A stretch of DNA of 64,000 bases from contig CAVCSZ010000003.1 in NCBI GenBank assembly GCA_963605025.1, forward strand, positions 9,201 to 73,200, in the 5' to 3' direction. Of this stretch, positions 8,076 to 18,280 are shown piece by piece. Origin of the DNA: a bacterium (lineage in GTDB: Bacteria > Bacillota_I > Bacilli_A > RFN20 > CAG-826). The notes beneath the pieces were generated by a model, which did no database searches, was not told the DNA's origin, and saw only the letters and a program-made list of their open reading frames with translations. Numbering within the stretch: the stretch's first letter is position 1; each line of letters begins with the position of its first letter. Made by a program: the position numbers and the translations under genes.

Positions 8076-10379
8076 ATGCGTAAAGAATATATAAACTATA
8101 ATTGGTATTTTAAAGAAAATTTTAATGAAAATGATTTAAAATTAAATAATTTTAATGATTTTATTGAAGTTAATTTACCTCACACTAATAAAGAAACTCC
8201 ATTAAATAATTTTAATCAAAGAATATCTAATTTTGTTTCTATTTATAAAAAGAAAATTAATATAGAATCATTAGATATTGATAATATTATTGTATTTGAA
8301 GGTGTAGGTCATAAAAGTGATGTTTATTTAAATGAACATAAAATATATTCTAATTATTGTGGATATAATGAATTTAAAGTTAATTTAAATGAATACGCTC
8401 ATTTAGGAGAAAATGAATTATCAGTTGTAGTAGATTCTAATGAAATAGATCAACCTCCTTTTGGATTTGTTATTGATTATTTATGTTTTGGAGGTATATA
8501 TCGTGATGTTTATTTAGATAAATTAAATAAACTTCATTTAAATAATTATTATTTCCATCATGATAAAGATAATATTTATATTGATTATAATTTATCTTTA
8601 AATGAAGATTGTATTATTAAAGCAGAAATTAAAAATTATCATCAAGTAATTTCTTTAGAATGTAAAAATGGAGAAATTTTAACTACTCCAATTACAGAAG
8701 TTGATCTTTGGAGTCCTGAATATCCTAATTTATATGAATTAAATATTAAAATAATTAAAGATAATGAAATTGTTGATGAAATTAATGATAAAGTAGGATT
8801 TAGATTTATTGAATTTAAAGAAGATGGATTCTATTTAAATAGTCAAAAATTAAAAATAAGAGGTTTAGATAGACATCAATCTTATCCTTATGTAGGTTAC
8901 GCAATGCCTAAAAGTATGCAAGAAGATGATGCATATATTTTAAAAAATAAATTATTTTTAAATGCAGTAAGATTATCTCATTATCCTCAATCAATTGATT
9001 TTTTAAATAAATGTGATGAACTTGGTTTACTTGTTTTTGAAGAAATTCCAGGATGGCAACATGTTGGAGATGAAGCTTGGCAAGAAAAAGCAATCAATAA
9101 TGTTAAAGATATGATATTAAGAGATAGAAATCATCCTAGTATTTTTATTTGGGGAGTAAGAATTAATGAATCTGGAGATAATCATAATTTTTATACAAAA
9201 ACAAATGAAATGGCTCATTTTTTAGATCCTTATCGTCCTACTGGAGGAGTTAGATGTAATAAATTCTCTGAACTTTTAGAAGATGTTTATACATTTAATG
9301 ATTTTATATGTACAAATAAAGGTGTCTCTTTACATAAAAAAGAATGGGTTACTGATACTCATAAAGGATATTTAGTAACTGAATATGGTGGACATATGAT
9401 GCCTACTAAAATGTATGATAGAGAAACAAGAAGAACTGATGTTGCTTTATTACACGCTAATGTTTTAAAAGAAGCTAGTCAATATAATTTAGTAGCAGGT
9501 TCATTTGGATGGTGTTTTGCAGATTATAATACACATGAAGATTTTGGAAGTGGAGATTTAATTTGCTATCATGGAGTATTAGATATATTTAGAAATACAA
9601 AATATAGTGCATATCCTTATATGACTAAATCAAAAAATCCTTTCTTAGAAGTAACAAGTAATTTTAATATTGGAGAACATGATGGAGGATATATTAGATA
9701 TTTTGCTATTATGACTAATTGTGATAAGGTAGAAATGTATCATAATAATTTTAAAGTTGCTACTTATTCTAATTTAAATGGAGATTTTAATGGATGTTTT
9801 AAAGTAGATGATTTACTTGGAGATATTTTAATTAAATTAGAAAATAAAACTAAAGAAGAATCAGATCATATAAAAGAAATTTTAAAATTATTATTAGAAT
9901 ATGATATGATTCAAAGAGATTTTATTATTGAAAAATATGGTAAAAAAGATGTTGAAGAAACTTATCAATTATTTGGAAAATATGTTTCTAATTGGGGAAG
10001 TCATCCAACTCCTTATACATTTATAGGTTATATAGATGAAGAAAAAGTAATTCAAATTACTAAAGGTCCTCAATATATTGATCATATTGATATTTCTTTA
10101 ACTAGTAATGTTATGCACACTAAAAGAAGTTATGATGTAATTAAAGTTACTTTAGAAGCTATTGGTAATTTAAATAATAGATGTGAATTTGCATTTGATT
10201 CTTTCTATGTTAAAACTAGTGATAATATAAAAGTAATTGGAGATGATATTTTTAGTTTAAATTCAGGTATTAGATCTTTCTATATTAAATCATTAGAAAA
10301 AGTAGGAAAAGGAAAAATAGAAATTATTTCATCTAGATTTGGTACTATTAATTTAGAAGTTGAATTAAAAGAGGATTAA
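8076..10379 (+). CDS. Glycoside hydrolase family 2 (beta-galactosidase/beta-glucuronidase-like)
   Basis: GH2 sugar-binding and TIM-barrel motifs: VRLSHYPQS, NHPSIFIWGVRINES, WVTDTHKGYLVTEYGGH. Confidence 0.8.
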   Translation: MRKEYINYNWYFKENFNENDLKLNNFNDFIEVNLPHTNKETPLNNFNQRISNFVSIYKKKINIESLDIDNIIVFEGVGHKSDVYLNEHKIYSNYCGYNEFKVNLNEYAHLGENELSVVVDSNEIDQPPFGFVIDYLCFGGIYRDVYLDKLNKLHLNNYYFHHDKDNIYIDYNLSLNEDCIIKAEIKNYHQVISLECKNGEILTTPITEVDLWSPEYPNLYELNIKIIKDNEIVDEINDKVGFRFIEFKEDGFYLNSQKLKIRGLDRHQSYPYVGYAMPKSMQEDDAYILKNKLFLNAVRLSHYPQSIDFLNKCDELGLLVFEEIPGWQHVGDEAWQEKAINNVKDMILRDRNHPSIFIWGVRINESGDNHNFYTKTNEMAHFLDPYRPTGGVRCNKFSELLEDVYTFNDFICTNKGVSLHKKEWVTDTHKGYLVTEYGGHMMPTKMYDRETRRTDVALLHANVLKEASQYNLVAGSFGWCFADYNTHEDFGSGDLICYHGVLDIFRNTKYSAYPYMTKSKNPFLEVTSNFNIGEHDGGYIRYFAIMTNCDKVEMYHNNFKVATYSNLNGDFNGCFKVDDLLGDILIKLENKTKEESDHIKEILKLLLEYDMIQRDFIIEKYGKKDVEETYQLFGKYVSNWGSHPTPYTFIGYIDEEKVIQITKGPQYIDHIDISLTSNVMHTKRSYDVIKVTLEAIGNLNNRCEFAFDSFYVKTSDNIKVIGDDIFSLNSGIRSFYIKSLEKVGKGKIEIISSRFGTINLEVELKED

Positions 10380-10381
10380 TT

Positions 10382-11989
10382 ATGAATAAAAAAATAAGTA
10401 CACTTCTTCTTTCTTCTTTATTATTAATAAATATGACAAGTTGTAATAATTCTAATGATAATGAATATATAATTAATGATTCTAATTTAAAAATAAATAA
10501 TAAATTAGATAATAATCAAACATTTTATGAAATATTTGTAGGTTCATTTTCAGATTCTAATAATGATGGAATAGGAGATTTAAGAGGTTTAATTAATCGT
10601 TTAGATTATTTAAATGATGGAGATCCTAATAGTGGTAAATCATTAGGAGTAACAGGTATTTGGTTAATGCCTATATTTGAATCTTATTCTTATCATAAAT
10701 ATGATGTAGTAGATTATTATAAAATAGATCCAAGTTATGGAGATATTGAAGATTTAAAAGAATTAATTAATGAATGTGATAAAAGAGGGATTACTTTAAT
10801 TATAGATTTACCTATTAATCATACTTCTACTCATAATAAACGGTTTATTAATTTTAAAAATGCATTAAGTACGAATGATTTATCTTCTCAATATGCATTT
10901 TATTATACTTATTGTAAAAGTGATGAAAGTTTAAAAGGAAGAACAACTGCTCCTTTAGGAAACACTAATTATCGATATGAATGTAATTTTGATTCTTCAA
11001 TGCCTGAATTAGATTTTGATAATCCTTTAGTAAGAGAGGAAGTATTAAATATTGCTAAATATTATTTAGATTTAGGTATTGATGGATTTAGATTTGATGC
11101 CGCTAAATACATTTATTATGGAGAAAATACTAAATCAATAGAATTTTGGGATTATTATATGAAAGAATTAAGAAAAATAAATCCTGATGTTTATTGTGTA
11201 GGTGAAGTTTGGGATGGAGAAGGTACTATTTTAGATTATTATGATGCACTTGATTGCTTTGATTTTTCTTTTTCTCAACAAGCAGGATATATTGCGCAAG
11301 CTAGTTTAAATGGAAATGTTAATTCATATATTTCTAAATTAATTTCTTATTATAATAATACTAAAAAACATAATTCTAATAGTGTAATGGCACCTTTTAT
11401 TTCTAATCATGATATGGATAGAGCAGCAGGATATTTATCAGTTTCTAATGGAAGTGCGTATGTAGCTGCAAATTTATTACTTTTAACTAATTCTACTCCT
11501 TTTATATATTATGGAGAAGAAATTGGAATGAAAGGTTCTAGAGGTAGTTCTTCTACTGACGCTAATCGTAGATTAAAAATGTTATGGGGAGATGATGATA
11601 CTGTTTCTAATCCTACAGGTTCTACTTATAGTGATGATAAACAAGTTAATGGTAGTGTTAAATCTCAAAAAGAAGATTCTACAAGTTTATATAATCATTA
11701 TAAAAAATTAATTATGATGAGAAATGCTAATAAAGAAATTAGCGATGGTACTTATAAAATAGTTAATTTAAAAGTATCTTCTAGTAGTGTAGGTGGATTT
11801 ATTGCAACTTTAGATAATTCTTCTTGTTTAGTTATTCATAATACAAGTGATGAAGAATATGAAATTGATATATCTGAATATGGTTATAATAAAATCAATT
11901 CTTATGCAGGTGTTAATAAAGCAAGTCTTGAAAATAATATTTTAAAATTAGGTGGAAAGACTTCTGTTATATTAAGAAAAGGAGAATAA
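10382..11989 (+). CDS. GH13 alpha-amylase-family lipoprotein (alpha-glucosidase/oligo-1,6-glucosidase-like)
   Basis: Lipoprotein signal (LINMTSC). GH13 regions DLPINH, GIDGFRFDAAKYI, GEVWD, FISNHD. Confidence 0.8.
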   Translation: MNKKISTLLLSSLLLINMTSCNNSNDNEYIINDSNLKINNKLDNNQTFYEIFVGSFSDSNNDGIGDLRGLINRLDYLNDGDPNSGKSLGVTGIWLMPIFESYSYHKYDVVDYYKIDPSYGDIEDLKELINECDKRGITLIIDLPINHTSTHNKRFINFKNALSTNDLSSQYAFYYTYCKSDESLKGRTTAPLGNTNYRYECNFDSSMPELDFDNPLVREEVLNIAKYYLDLGIDGFRFDAAKYIYYGENTKSIEFWDYYMKELRKINPDVYCVGEVWDGEGTILDYYDALDCFDFSFSQQAGYIAQASLNGNVNSYISKLISYYNNTKKHNSNSVMAPFISNHDMDRAAGYLSVSNGSAYVAANLLLLTNSTPFIYYGEEIGMKGSRGSSSTDANRRLKMLWGDDDTVSNPTGSTYSDDKQVNGSVKSQKEDSTSLYNHYKKLIMMRNANKEISDGTYKIVNLKVSSSSVGGFIATLDNSSCLVIHNTSDEEYEIDISEYGYNKINSYAGVNKASLENNILKLGGKTSVILRKGE

Positions 11990-11993
11990 TAAT

Positions 11994-13943
11994 ATGAAAA
12001 AAAATCTTAAAAAAACTGTTATTGCTTTAGCTTCTCTTTTAGTTACTTCTTGTGGTTCTAAAAATAATTATAAACCATTAGAAAATGTTGAATCTTCTTT
12101 ATATATTAAAGAAGTTAGTAATTTAAAAGATGATTTTATTAAAGGAATGGATGTTTCTCAAGTTATTTCTTTAGAAAATAGTGGAGTTAAATATTATAAC
12201 TTTGATGGAGAGGAAGAAGATGTAATTAAAATCTTAGCAGATTATGGTTTTAATTATATTAGAGTTAGAGTATGGAACAATCCTTTTGATTCTAAAGGAA
12301 ATGGATATGGTGGAGGAAATTGTACCATTGATACTGCTTTAGAATTAGGTAAAAGAGCTACTAAATATAATATGAAATTATTAGTAGATTTCCATTATTC
12401 AGATTTTTGGGCAGATCCAGGTAAGCAATATGTACCTATTGCGTGGAATGATATGGATATTGATTCAAAAGCTCAAGCTTTATATGATTATACATTTGAT
12501 TCATTAACAAAACTTAAAAATGCTGGAGTTGATGTAGGAATGGTTCAAATTGGTAATGAAATTAATAATGGTATTGCAGGAGAAGATAGATGGTTTAATC
12601 GTGCTAGTTTATTAGAACAAGGCTCAAAAGCTACAAGAAAAGTATTTCCTAACGCTAAAATTGCATTACATTTTGCAAATCCTGAAAATTCAGATAATTA
12701 TAAATCAATTGCATCTAAATTAAATTATTATGAAATTGATTATGATGTTTTTGCATCTAGTTATTATCCTTATTGGCATGGAACATTAGAAAATTTAGAG
12801 TCTACTTTAAATTATATTTCTTCTACATATGATAAAGATGTTATGGTAGCAGAAACTTCTTATGCTTTTACTTTAGAAGATAGTGATTTTAGTAGCAATA
12901 CAATTGGAGAAGGATCTAGTGTAGAAAAACCTCAACCTTATACAATTCAAGGTCAATCAAATCAAATAGTTGATGTAATTCAAAGTGTTGCGAACATGGA
13001 TAGAGGAATTGGAGTATTTTATTGGGAAGGATGTTGGATTAGTGTAGGTACTGAATCTTGGGAGAAAAATCATGAATTATGGGAAAAATATGGTTCAGGA
13101 TGGGCTAGTAGTTATAGTGCTATTTATGATCCTCAAGATGCAGGAAAATGGTATGGAGGAAGTGCTGTAGATAATCAAGCATTCTTTGATGCAACAGGAC
13201 ATCCTTTAGAATCATTAAAAACATGGGCTTTATTAAAAAAAGGAAATAAAGTTGAATTAAAAGCTGACGCTATTGAAGATACAAATTTAGTATTTGATTT
13301 AAATAGTGAAATAACTCTTCCTAGTAAAGTTAACGCTGTTATGAATGATGGAAGTAAAAAAGAAGTTGATGTAGTTTGGGAAAATGTTGACTATGAAACA
13401 ATGAAAAATAATGGTGTTAATAAATATACTATTAAAGGTAAAGCTGCTGGAATGGACGCTACTTGTTATGTTTCAATGGTAGAATATAATTTTTTAACAA
13501 ATTATAGTTTTGAAGAAGGTGAAACAGGATGGGTATTTAATGATTTATCAGGTAAAAATGAAGAATTATATGTTAAAGAAAAAGCAACAGATTCATTAAC
13601 TGGTACAAAACATGCTCATTTCTGGAGTAGTGCTGCAAATGCAATTGAATTTAGCATAGAACAAAATGTTAAAGATTTAGCTACTGGTAAATATAAATTC
13701 GGAATTTCTACAATGGGTGGAGATTGTACTGATCAAGAAATTTATTTATATGTTAAAATAAATAATGAAATAGTTACTAAGAAATCTCTTAGCATCACTT
13801 CTTATGGTTCATGGGATTCTCAAATGTCTGATGAATTTAATTATGAAAGTGGAAATGATTTAGTAGTTGGAATTTATGTTAAAGTAGATAACGCTGGTGG
13901 ATGGGGATCAATTGATGATGCCTTATTAAATTCTTGTAAATAA
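11994..13943 (+). CDS. GH53 arabinogalactan endo-beta-1,4-galactanase lipoprotein with C-terminal beta-sandwich/CBM-like domains
   Basis: Lipobox LLVTSCGS. GH53 motifs YIRVRVWNNP, QIGNEI (acid/base) and VMVAETSYAF (nucleophile). About 300 aa of extra C-terminal domains. Confidence 0.8.
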   Translation: MKKNLKKTVIALASLLVTSCGSKNNYKPLENVESSLYIKEVSNLKDDFIKGMDVSQVISLENSGVKYYNFDGEEEDVIKILADYGFNYIRVRVWNNPFDSKGNGYGGGNCTIDTALELGKRATKYNMKLLVDFHYSDFWADPGKQYVPIAWNDMDIDSKAQALYDYTFDSLTKLKNAGVDVGMVQIGNEINNGIAGEDRWFNRASLLEQGSKATRKVFPNAKIALHFANPENSDNYKSIASKLNYYEIDYDVFASSYYPYWHGTLENLESTLNYISSTYDKDVMVAETSYAFTLEDSDFSSNTIGEGSSVEKPQPYTIQGQSNQIVDVIQSVANMDRGIGVFYWEGCWISVGTESWEKNHELWEKYGSGWASSYSAIYDPQDAGKWYGGSAVDNQAFFDATGHPLESLKTWALLKKGNKVELKADAIEDTNLVFDLNSEITLPSKVNAVMNDGSKKEVDVVWENVDYETMKNNGVNKYTIKGKAAGMDATCYVSMVEYNFLTNYSFEEGETGWVFNDLSGKNEELYVKEKATDSLTGTKHAHFWSSAANAIEFSIEQNVKDLATGKYKFGISTMGGDCTDQEIYLYVKINNEIVTKKSLSITSYGSWDSQMSDEFNYESGNDLVVGIYVKVDNAGGWGSIDDALLNSCK

Positions 13944-13961
13944 CTTAAATTCTAAAAAAAT

Positions 13962-13998
13962 AAATCTTGCAATTATTTAGTTGCAAGATTTTTTTAAT
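13962..13998 (+). terminator. Rho-independent terminator after the GH53 gene
   Basis: Stem aaatcttgcaa / ttgcaagattt followed by a T-run. Confidence 0.55.
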
Positions 13999-14038
13999 AA
14001 AAACTTTAATATTGTTTTATAAAAATTTTAATATAATA

Positions 14039-14067
14039 TTGATTTTTAAAATTAAGATAATTATAAT
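14039..14067 (+). promoter_or_regulatory. Sigma-70-like promoter (TTGATT-N17-TATAAT) for the sugar ABC transporter operon
   Basis: Read directly from the sequence. It lies about 95 nt upstream of the binding-protein start codon. Confidence 0.4.
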
Positions 14068-14079
14068 ATTTTTAATGAA

Positions 14080-14093
14080 TGTAAGGGGTTTCA
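14080..14093 (+). promoter_or_regulatory. Possible catabolite-responsive element (cre-like TGTAAGGGGTTTCA)
   Basis: 13 of 14 positions match the cre consensus TGWNANCGNTNWCA; the central C is a G. It sits just downstream of the predicted -10. Confidence 0.25.
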
Positions 14094-14164
14094 TAGATTT
14101 AATTTTATACGTTTTGTAATAATAATCTTTAAAACCTTTTTACATCTAAAAAGGAGATTAAATA

Positions 14165-15706
14165 ATGAAAAAATTTTTTGCAGGAATTAGTTTACTCGGT
14201 GTTGTAGCTTGTTTAGCATCATGTGGAGGTAATGATACTCCAAGTGGTGATCTTAAAGAATTCAATGCTACAATTTGGGTTTCTGAAACAGCAGGTGTTA
14301 AAGAATTAACACAAAAACAAGTTGACAAATGGAATGAAACAAATGGTCAATACAAAATCAATGCAACAATCGAAGGTATCACAGAAGCTGATAGTGCTTC
14401 TCAAATGTTAACTGATGTTGAATCAGGTGCTGATATTTATTGTTTTGCTCAAGACCAAATGAACAGACTTATTACTGGTGGTGCTTTAAATAAATTAGGT
14501 GTTAAAGCTAGTGAAAAAGTTCAAAGTGAAAACGTTTCAACAGCTGTTAATGCTGCTAAAGTAAACGGTGATATTTATGCTTATCCAATTACTGCTGATA
14601 ATGGATATTTCATGATGTATGATAAATCAGTTGTTAAAGCAGAACATTTAGATAGTTTAGAAGATATCGTTGCAGATTGTGCTGCTGCTGGTAAAAATTT
14701 CTCAATGGAAAACGAAACATCAGCTTGGTATATCGCTTCTTGGTTCTTTGGAGCAGGTTGTGAATCAACATGGACTACAAATAGTGATGGTAGTTTCGCT
14801 TCAATTACAGATACATTCAATAGTGAAGCAGGTATTACTGCTATGAGAGGTATGCAACATTTAGTTAAAGCAAGTAACTATGTTTCAAGTTCAAATGCTA
14901 GTGACTTCGCTGCTGCTACTCCTTCTGCTGTTGTTATTACAGGTACATGGTCAGTTAAAGCTGCAAAAGATATCTTAGGTGATAATTTTGCTTGTGCTAA
15001 ACTTCCTAAGTATACAGTTGATGGTAAGAGCTATCAAATGGGTTCATATTCAGGATATAAATTCATGGGTGTTAAACCTCAAAAAGATTCAGCAAAATCA
15101 GCTGCATTACATTCATTAACACAATATTTATCTGGTGAAGAATGTCAATTAGATAGATTTAATGAATTTGGATGGGGTCCATCAAATTTAGTAGATCAAC
15201 AAAATGAAGCAGTTAAATCAGATGTCGCTTTAAGTGCTTTAAATGAACAAACTCCATATTCAACACCTCAAGGTCAAATTCATGGTTCTTGGTGGGATAT
15301 TGCTAAAGTTTTAGGCGATAACGCAAAAGCTGCTGATTATGATGATAAAACTGCTTTACAAGCTGGATTAGATACATATAAAAATGCTATTGACGCTTTA
15401 TTTAGTATGTCAGATGAAGAAAAGAGAGCATTCACAGTTATTGGATCATTAAAAGGTTCATCTTGGGGTACAGACTTTGAAATGGTTGAAGAACCAACAA
15501 ATGTTTGGACAAGTGTTGATGCTTTCACAATTACTGATGATGATATTGCAAAAGGTTTAAATGAATTTAAATGTCGTCAAGGTAAATCATGGGATGTTTC
15601 CTATGGTAATGGTAGTGATAACTACAAAATTGAAAAAGCAGGTACTTACAAAATTAAATTAACTGTCACTGATGCTGGTGGAAGCATTGAATTAATTGAA
15701 TGCTAA
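14165..15706 (+). CDS. Carbohydrate ABC transporter substrate-binding lipoprotein (maltodextrin/galacto-oligosaccharide type) with an extra C-terminal domain
   Basis: Lipobox LASCGG. MalE/CycB-like family-1 binding-protein fold. The last ~100 aa have no counterpart in a standard binding protein. GC content is higher than the flanking genes. Confidence 0.8.
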   Translation: MKKFFAGISLLGVVACLASCGGNDTPSGDLKEFNATIWVSETAGVKELTQKQVDKWNETNGQYKINATIEGITEADSASQMLTDVESGADIYCFAQDQMNRLITGGALNKLGVKASEKVQSENVSTAVNAAKVNGDIYAYPITADNGYFMMYDKSVVKAEHLDSLEDIVADCAAAGKNFSMENETSAWYIASWFFGAGCESTWTTNSDGSFASITDTFNSEAGITAMRGMQHLVKASNYVSSSNASDFAAATPSAVVITGTWSVKAAKDILGDNFACAKLPKYTVDGKSYQMGSYSGYKFMGVKPQKDSAKSAALHSLTQYLSGEECQLDRFNEFGWGPSNLVDQQNEAVKSDVALSALNEQTPYSTPQGQIHGSWWDIAKVLGDNAKAADYDDKTALQAGLDTYKNAIDALFSMSDEEKRAFTVIGSLKGSSWGTDFEMVEEPTNVWTSVDAFTITDDDIAKGLNEFKCRQGKSWDVSYGNGSDNYKIEKAGTYKIKLTVTDAGGSIELIEC

Positions 15707-15775
15707 TATAATTTAATATTAATTAGGTTGTACGTATATTTACATACAACCTAATTTACTTTAAAGGAGTTTATT

Positions 15776-17296
15776 ATGAATTATTTAAATATCTCCGATT
15801 TACAATATCTAAAATTTAATGGATGGGAAAAATTTAAATATAATTTTGTAATGTTTTTTGTAAACATTGGACGATTCTTTAAACGTTTAGGTATCAAAAT
15901 TGGAAAAGGGACTGTTAAATTAGCTAAAAAAATATGGTTTGAAATTGTATTTTTAGTAAAAAGTATTATTAAAGGTTCTTGGAAAACTTGGGTTTCTACT
16001 ATCATAATGGGATTTGGCAATCTGATGAGAGGCCAATGGTTAAAATTTATTTTATTTGTTGGCTTCGAAATCGTTTTTATTCTCTATATGGCTTTATATG
16101 GAGGATATTGGCTAGGTAAATTTGGCACTTTAGGTACAATGGGTGCAGTTGAACAATATGATCCTACTTTAGATGCATATATCACAATTCACTATGATGA
16201 TTCATTTAAAATATTATTATATGGTTTATTAACTATTTTATTTATTGTTGCAATGTTTGTAACATGGGCAATAAATATTCATCAATGTGCATTATTAGAT
16301 CAAATTGAAAGAGAAGGTAAAAAAGTTAAATCAAATAAAGATGATTTAAGAAGTATGGTTGATGATCAATTCCATAAAACACTTCTTGCATTACCTGTAC
16401 TTGGTATTTTATTCTTTACAGTTATGCCTATTATTTTCATGGTTTTAGTTGCATTTACTAATTACGATGTAAACCATGATGGTTATAGTAATTTATTTAC
16501 ATGGGTTGGATTTAGTAATTTCAATTCATTACTCTCATTTGGAGGAAGTAACTTCTTAGTTACATTTGGAGAAGTTCTTGCTTGGACATTAATTTGGGCT
16601 TTCTTTGCAACATTTACAAACTATTTCTTAGGTATGTTTGTAGCTATGTTAATCAATAAAAAAGGCATTAAATTAAAAAAATTATGGAGAGGAATTTTAG
16701 TTTTAACTATTGCTGTTCCTCAATTTATTTCATTATTATACGTTTCTAAATTATTCTCAATAAATGGTATTGTTAATGGTTTAATTACATCTATGGGTGG
16801 ACACGCAATTGATTTCTGGGGTACAACTTGGATCGCTAGAGTCATGGTTATTGTCATTAATATTTGGATTGGTATTCCATATTTAATGTTAACTTGTACT
16901 GGTGTTTTAATGAATATTCCTAAAGATTTATATGAATCTGCAAAAATCGATGGTGCTAGTGGTTTCCAACAATATGCTAAAATCACTCTTCCATATATGT
17001 TATTCGTTACAGGTCCATTCTTATTAACTCAATTTATTGGTAATATTAATAACTTCAATGTTATTTATTTATTAACAGGTGGTGCTCCAAACAAATTAAA
17101 TGGTGTTATTAATGGAACTGCTACTGGTGATACTGACCTTTTAATTACTTGGTTATTTAATCTTGTTACTGGATCAAACCCAAGTTATTACACAGCTTCA
17201 ATTATCGGTATTTTAATCTTTATCGTTGTTTCAATTTTATCTTTAATTGTTTATAACGCAATGCCATCTACTAAAAACGAGGAGGATTTTGCATAA
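15776..17296 (+). CDS. Carbohydrate ABC transporter permease (MalF/GanP-like)
   Basis: Multiple transmembrane helices and the EAA-loop region (KIDGASGFQQYAKITLP). The extended N-terminus is typical of MalF. Confidence 0.8.
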   Translation: MNYLNISDLQYLKFNGWEKFKYNFVMFFVNIGRFFKRLGIKIGKGTVKLAKKIWFEIVFLVKSIIKGSWKTWVSTIIMGFGNLMRGQWLKFILFVGFEIVFILYMALYGGYWLGKFGTLGTMGAVEQYDPTLDAYITIHYDDSFKILLYGLLTILFIVAMFVTWAINIHQCALLDQIEREGKKVKSNKDDLRSMVDDQFHKTLLALPVLGILFFTVMPIIFMVLVAFTNYDVNHDGYSNLFTWVGFSNFNSLLSFGGSNFLVTFGEVLAWTLIWAFFATFTNYFLGMFVAMLINKKGIKLKKLWRGILVLTIAVPQFISLLYVSKLFSINGIVNGLITSMGGHAIDFWGTTWIARVMVIVINIWIGIPYLMLTCTGVLMNIPKDLYESAKIDGASGFQQYAKITLPYMLFVTGPFLLTQFIGNINNFNVIYLLTGGAPNKLNGVINGTATGDTDLLITWLFNLVTGSNPSYYTASIIGILIFIVVSILSLIVYNAMPSTKNEEDFA

Positions 17297-18270
17297 TGAA
17301 TACTCTTACACAAAGTTTAAAATTAAGAAAATTAGTTAAAACAGCAAAGAAAGAAAAAAATGAAAATATTCAATACGAAGATAATAATGTAACTACAAAT
17401 AATCATAAACCTAAAAAACATATGGGTTTATCTCATTCTAGAGCAATTTCAAATACAATTGCTTATATAGTTCTTATTATAATTTCAGTAATTTGGCTTA
17501 TTCCATTCTTTTGTATTTTCTGTGAATCATTTAGATGTGAATCTACTTACCAAGTTGGTTATGTTATTCCTAAAGAGTGGGGTTTTGATAATTATGTAAA
17601 TCTATTTACTAATACAAATTTCCCAAGATGGTTCTTAAATACATTTGTAATTGCTTTATTTGTTTCTGTATTCCAAACATTATTCGTTCTTATGATGAGT
17701 TATGGTTTATCTAGACTTAGATTTAAAGGACGTAAATTCTTAATGAATTCAATGTTAGTATTAGGAATGTTCCCAGGATTCTTAACTTTAATTCTTTTAT
17801 ACAAATTATTAAATTCTTGGGGATTAACAAATGAAAACGCAATGTGGGGTTTAATCATTGTTTATATTGCTTCAAGTGGTATGGGTTATTATGTTTCAAA
17901 AGGTTTCTTTGATACAATTTCTAAATCATTAGATGAAGCTGCAAGAATTGATGGTGCATCTAGATTACAAATTTTCTACAAAGTAATCATGCCACTTTCA
18001 AAACCAATTGTTATTTATACAATTTTAACTGCATTTATGGCTCCTTGGGGAGATTTCGTTTTTGCTAAATATCTTGCTCACGCAACAAGTGATGGTATGA
18101 ACGTTGCAGTTGGACTTCAAAATTTAATTTCAACACCAAACAGTCTTAATGCAAATTACACAACATTCTGTGCTGGTGGTATTGTTGTTGCTATTCCTGT
18201 CACTGTCTTATTTATGTTCTTACAAAAATATTATGTTGAAGGTGTTACAGGTGGTGCTGTAAAAGGTTAG
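17296..18270 (+). CDS. Carbohydrate ABC transporter permease (MalG/GanQ-like)
   Basis: EAA motif (EAARIDGASRLQIFYKVIMP) and six transmembrane helices. TAATG overlap with the upstream permease gene. Confidence 0.8.
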   Translation: MNTLTQSLKLRKLVKTAKKEKNENIQYEDNNVTTNNHKPKKHMGLSHSRAISNTIAYIVLIIISVIWLIPFFCIFCESFRCESTYQVGYVIPKEWGFDNYVNLFTNTNFPRWFLNTFVIALFVSVFQTLFVLMMSYGLSRLRFKGRKFLMNSMLVLGMFPGFLTLILLYKLLNSWGLTNENAMWGLIIVYIASSGMGYYVSKGFFDTISKSLDEAARIDGASRLQIFYKVIMPLSKPIVIYTILTAFMAPWGDFVFAKYLAHATSDGMNVAVGLQNLISTPNSLNANYTTFCAGGIVVAIPVTVLFMFLQKYYVEGVTGGAVKG

Positions 18271-18280
18271 GAGAAAAAAT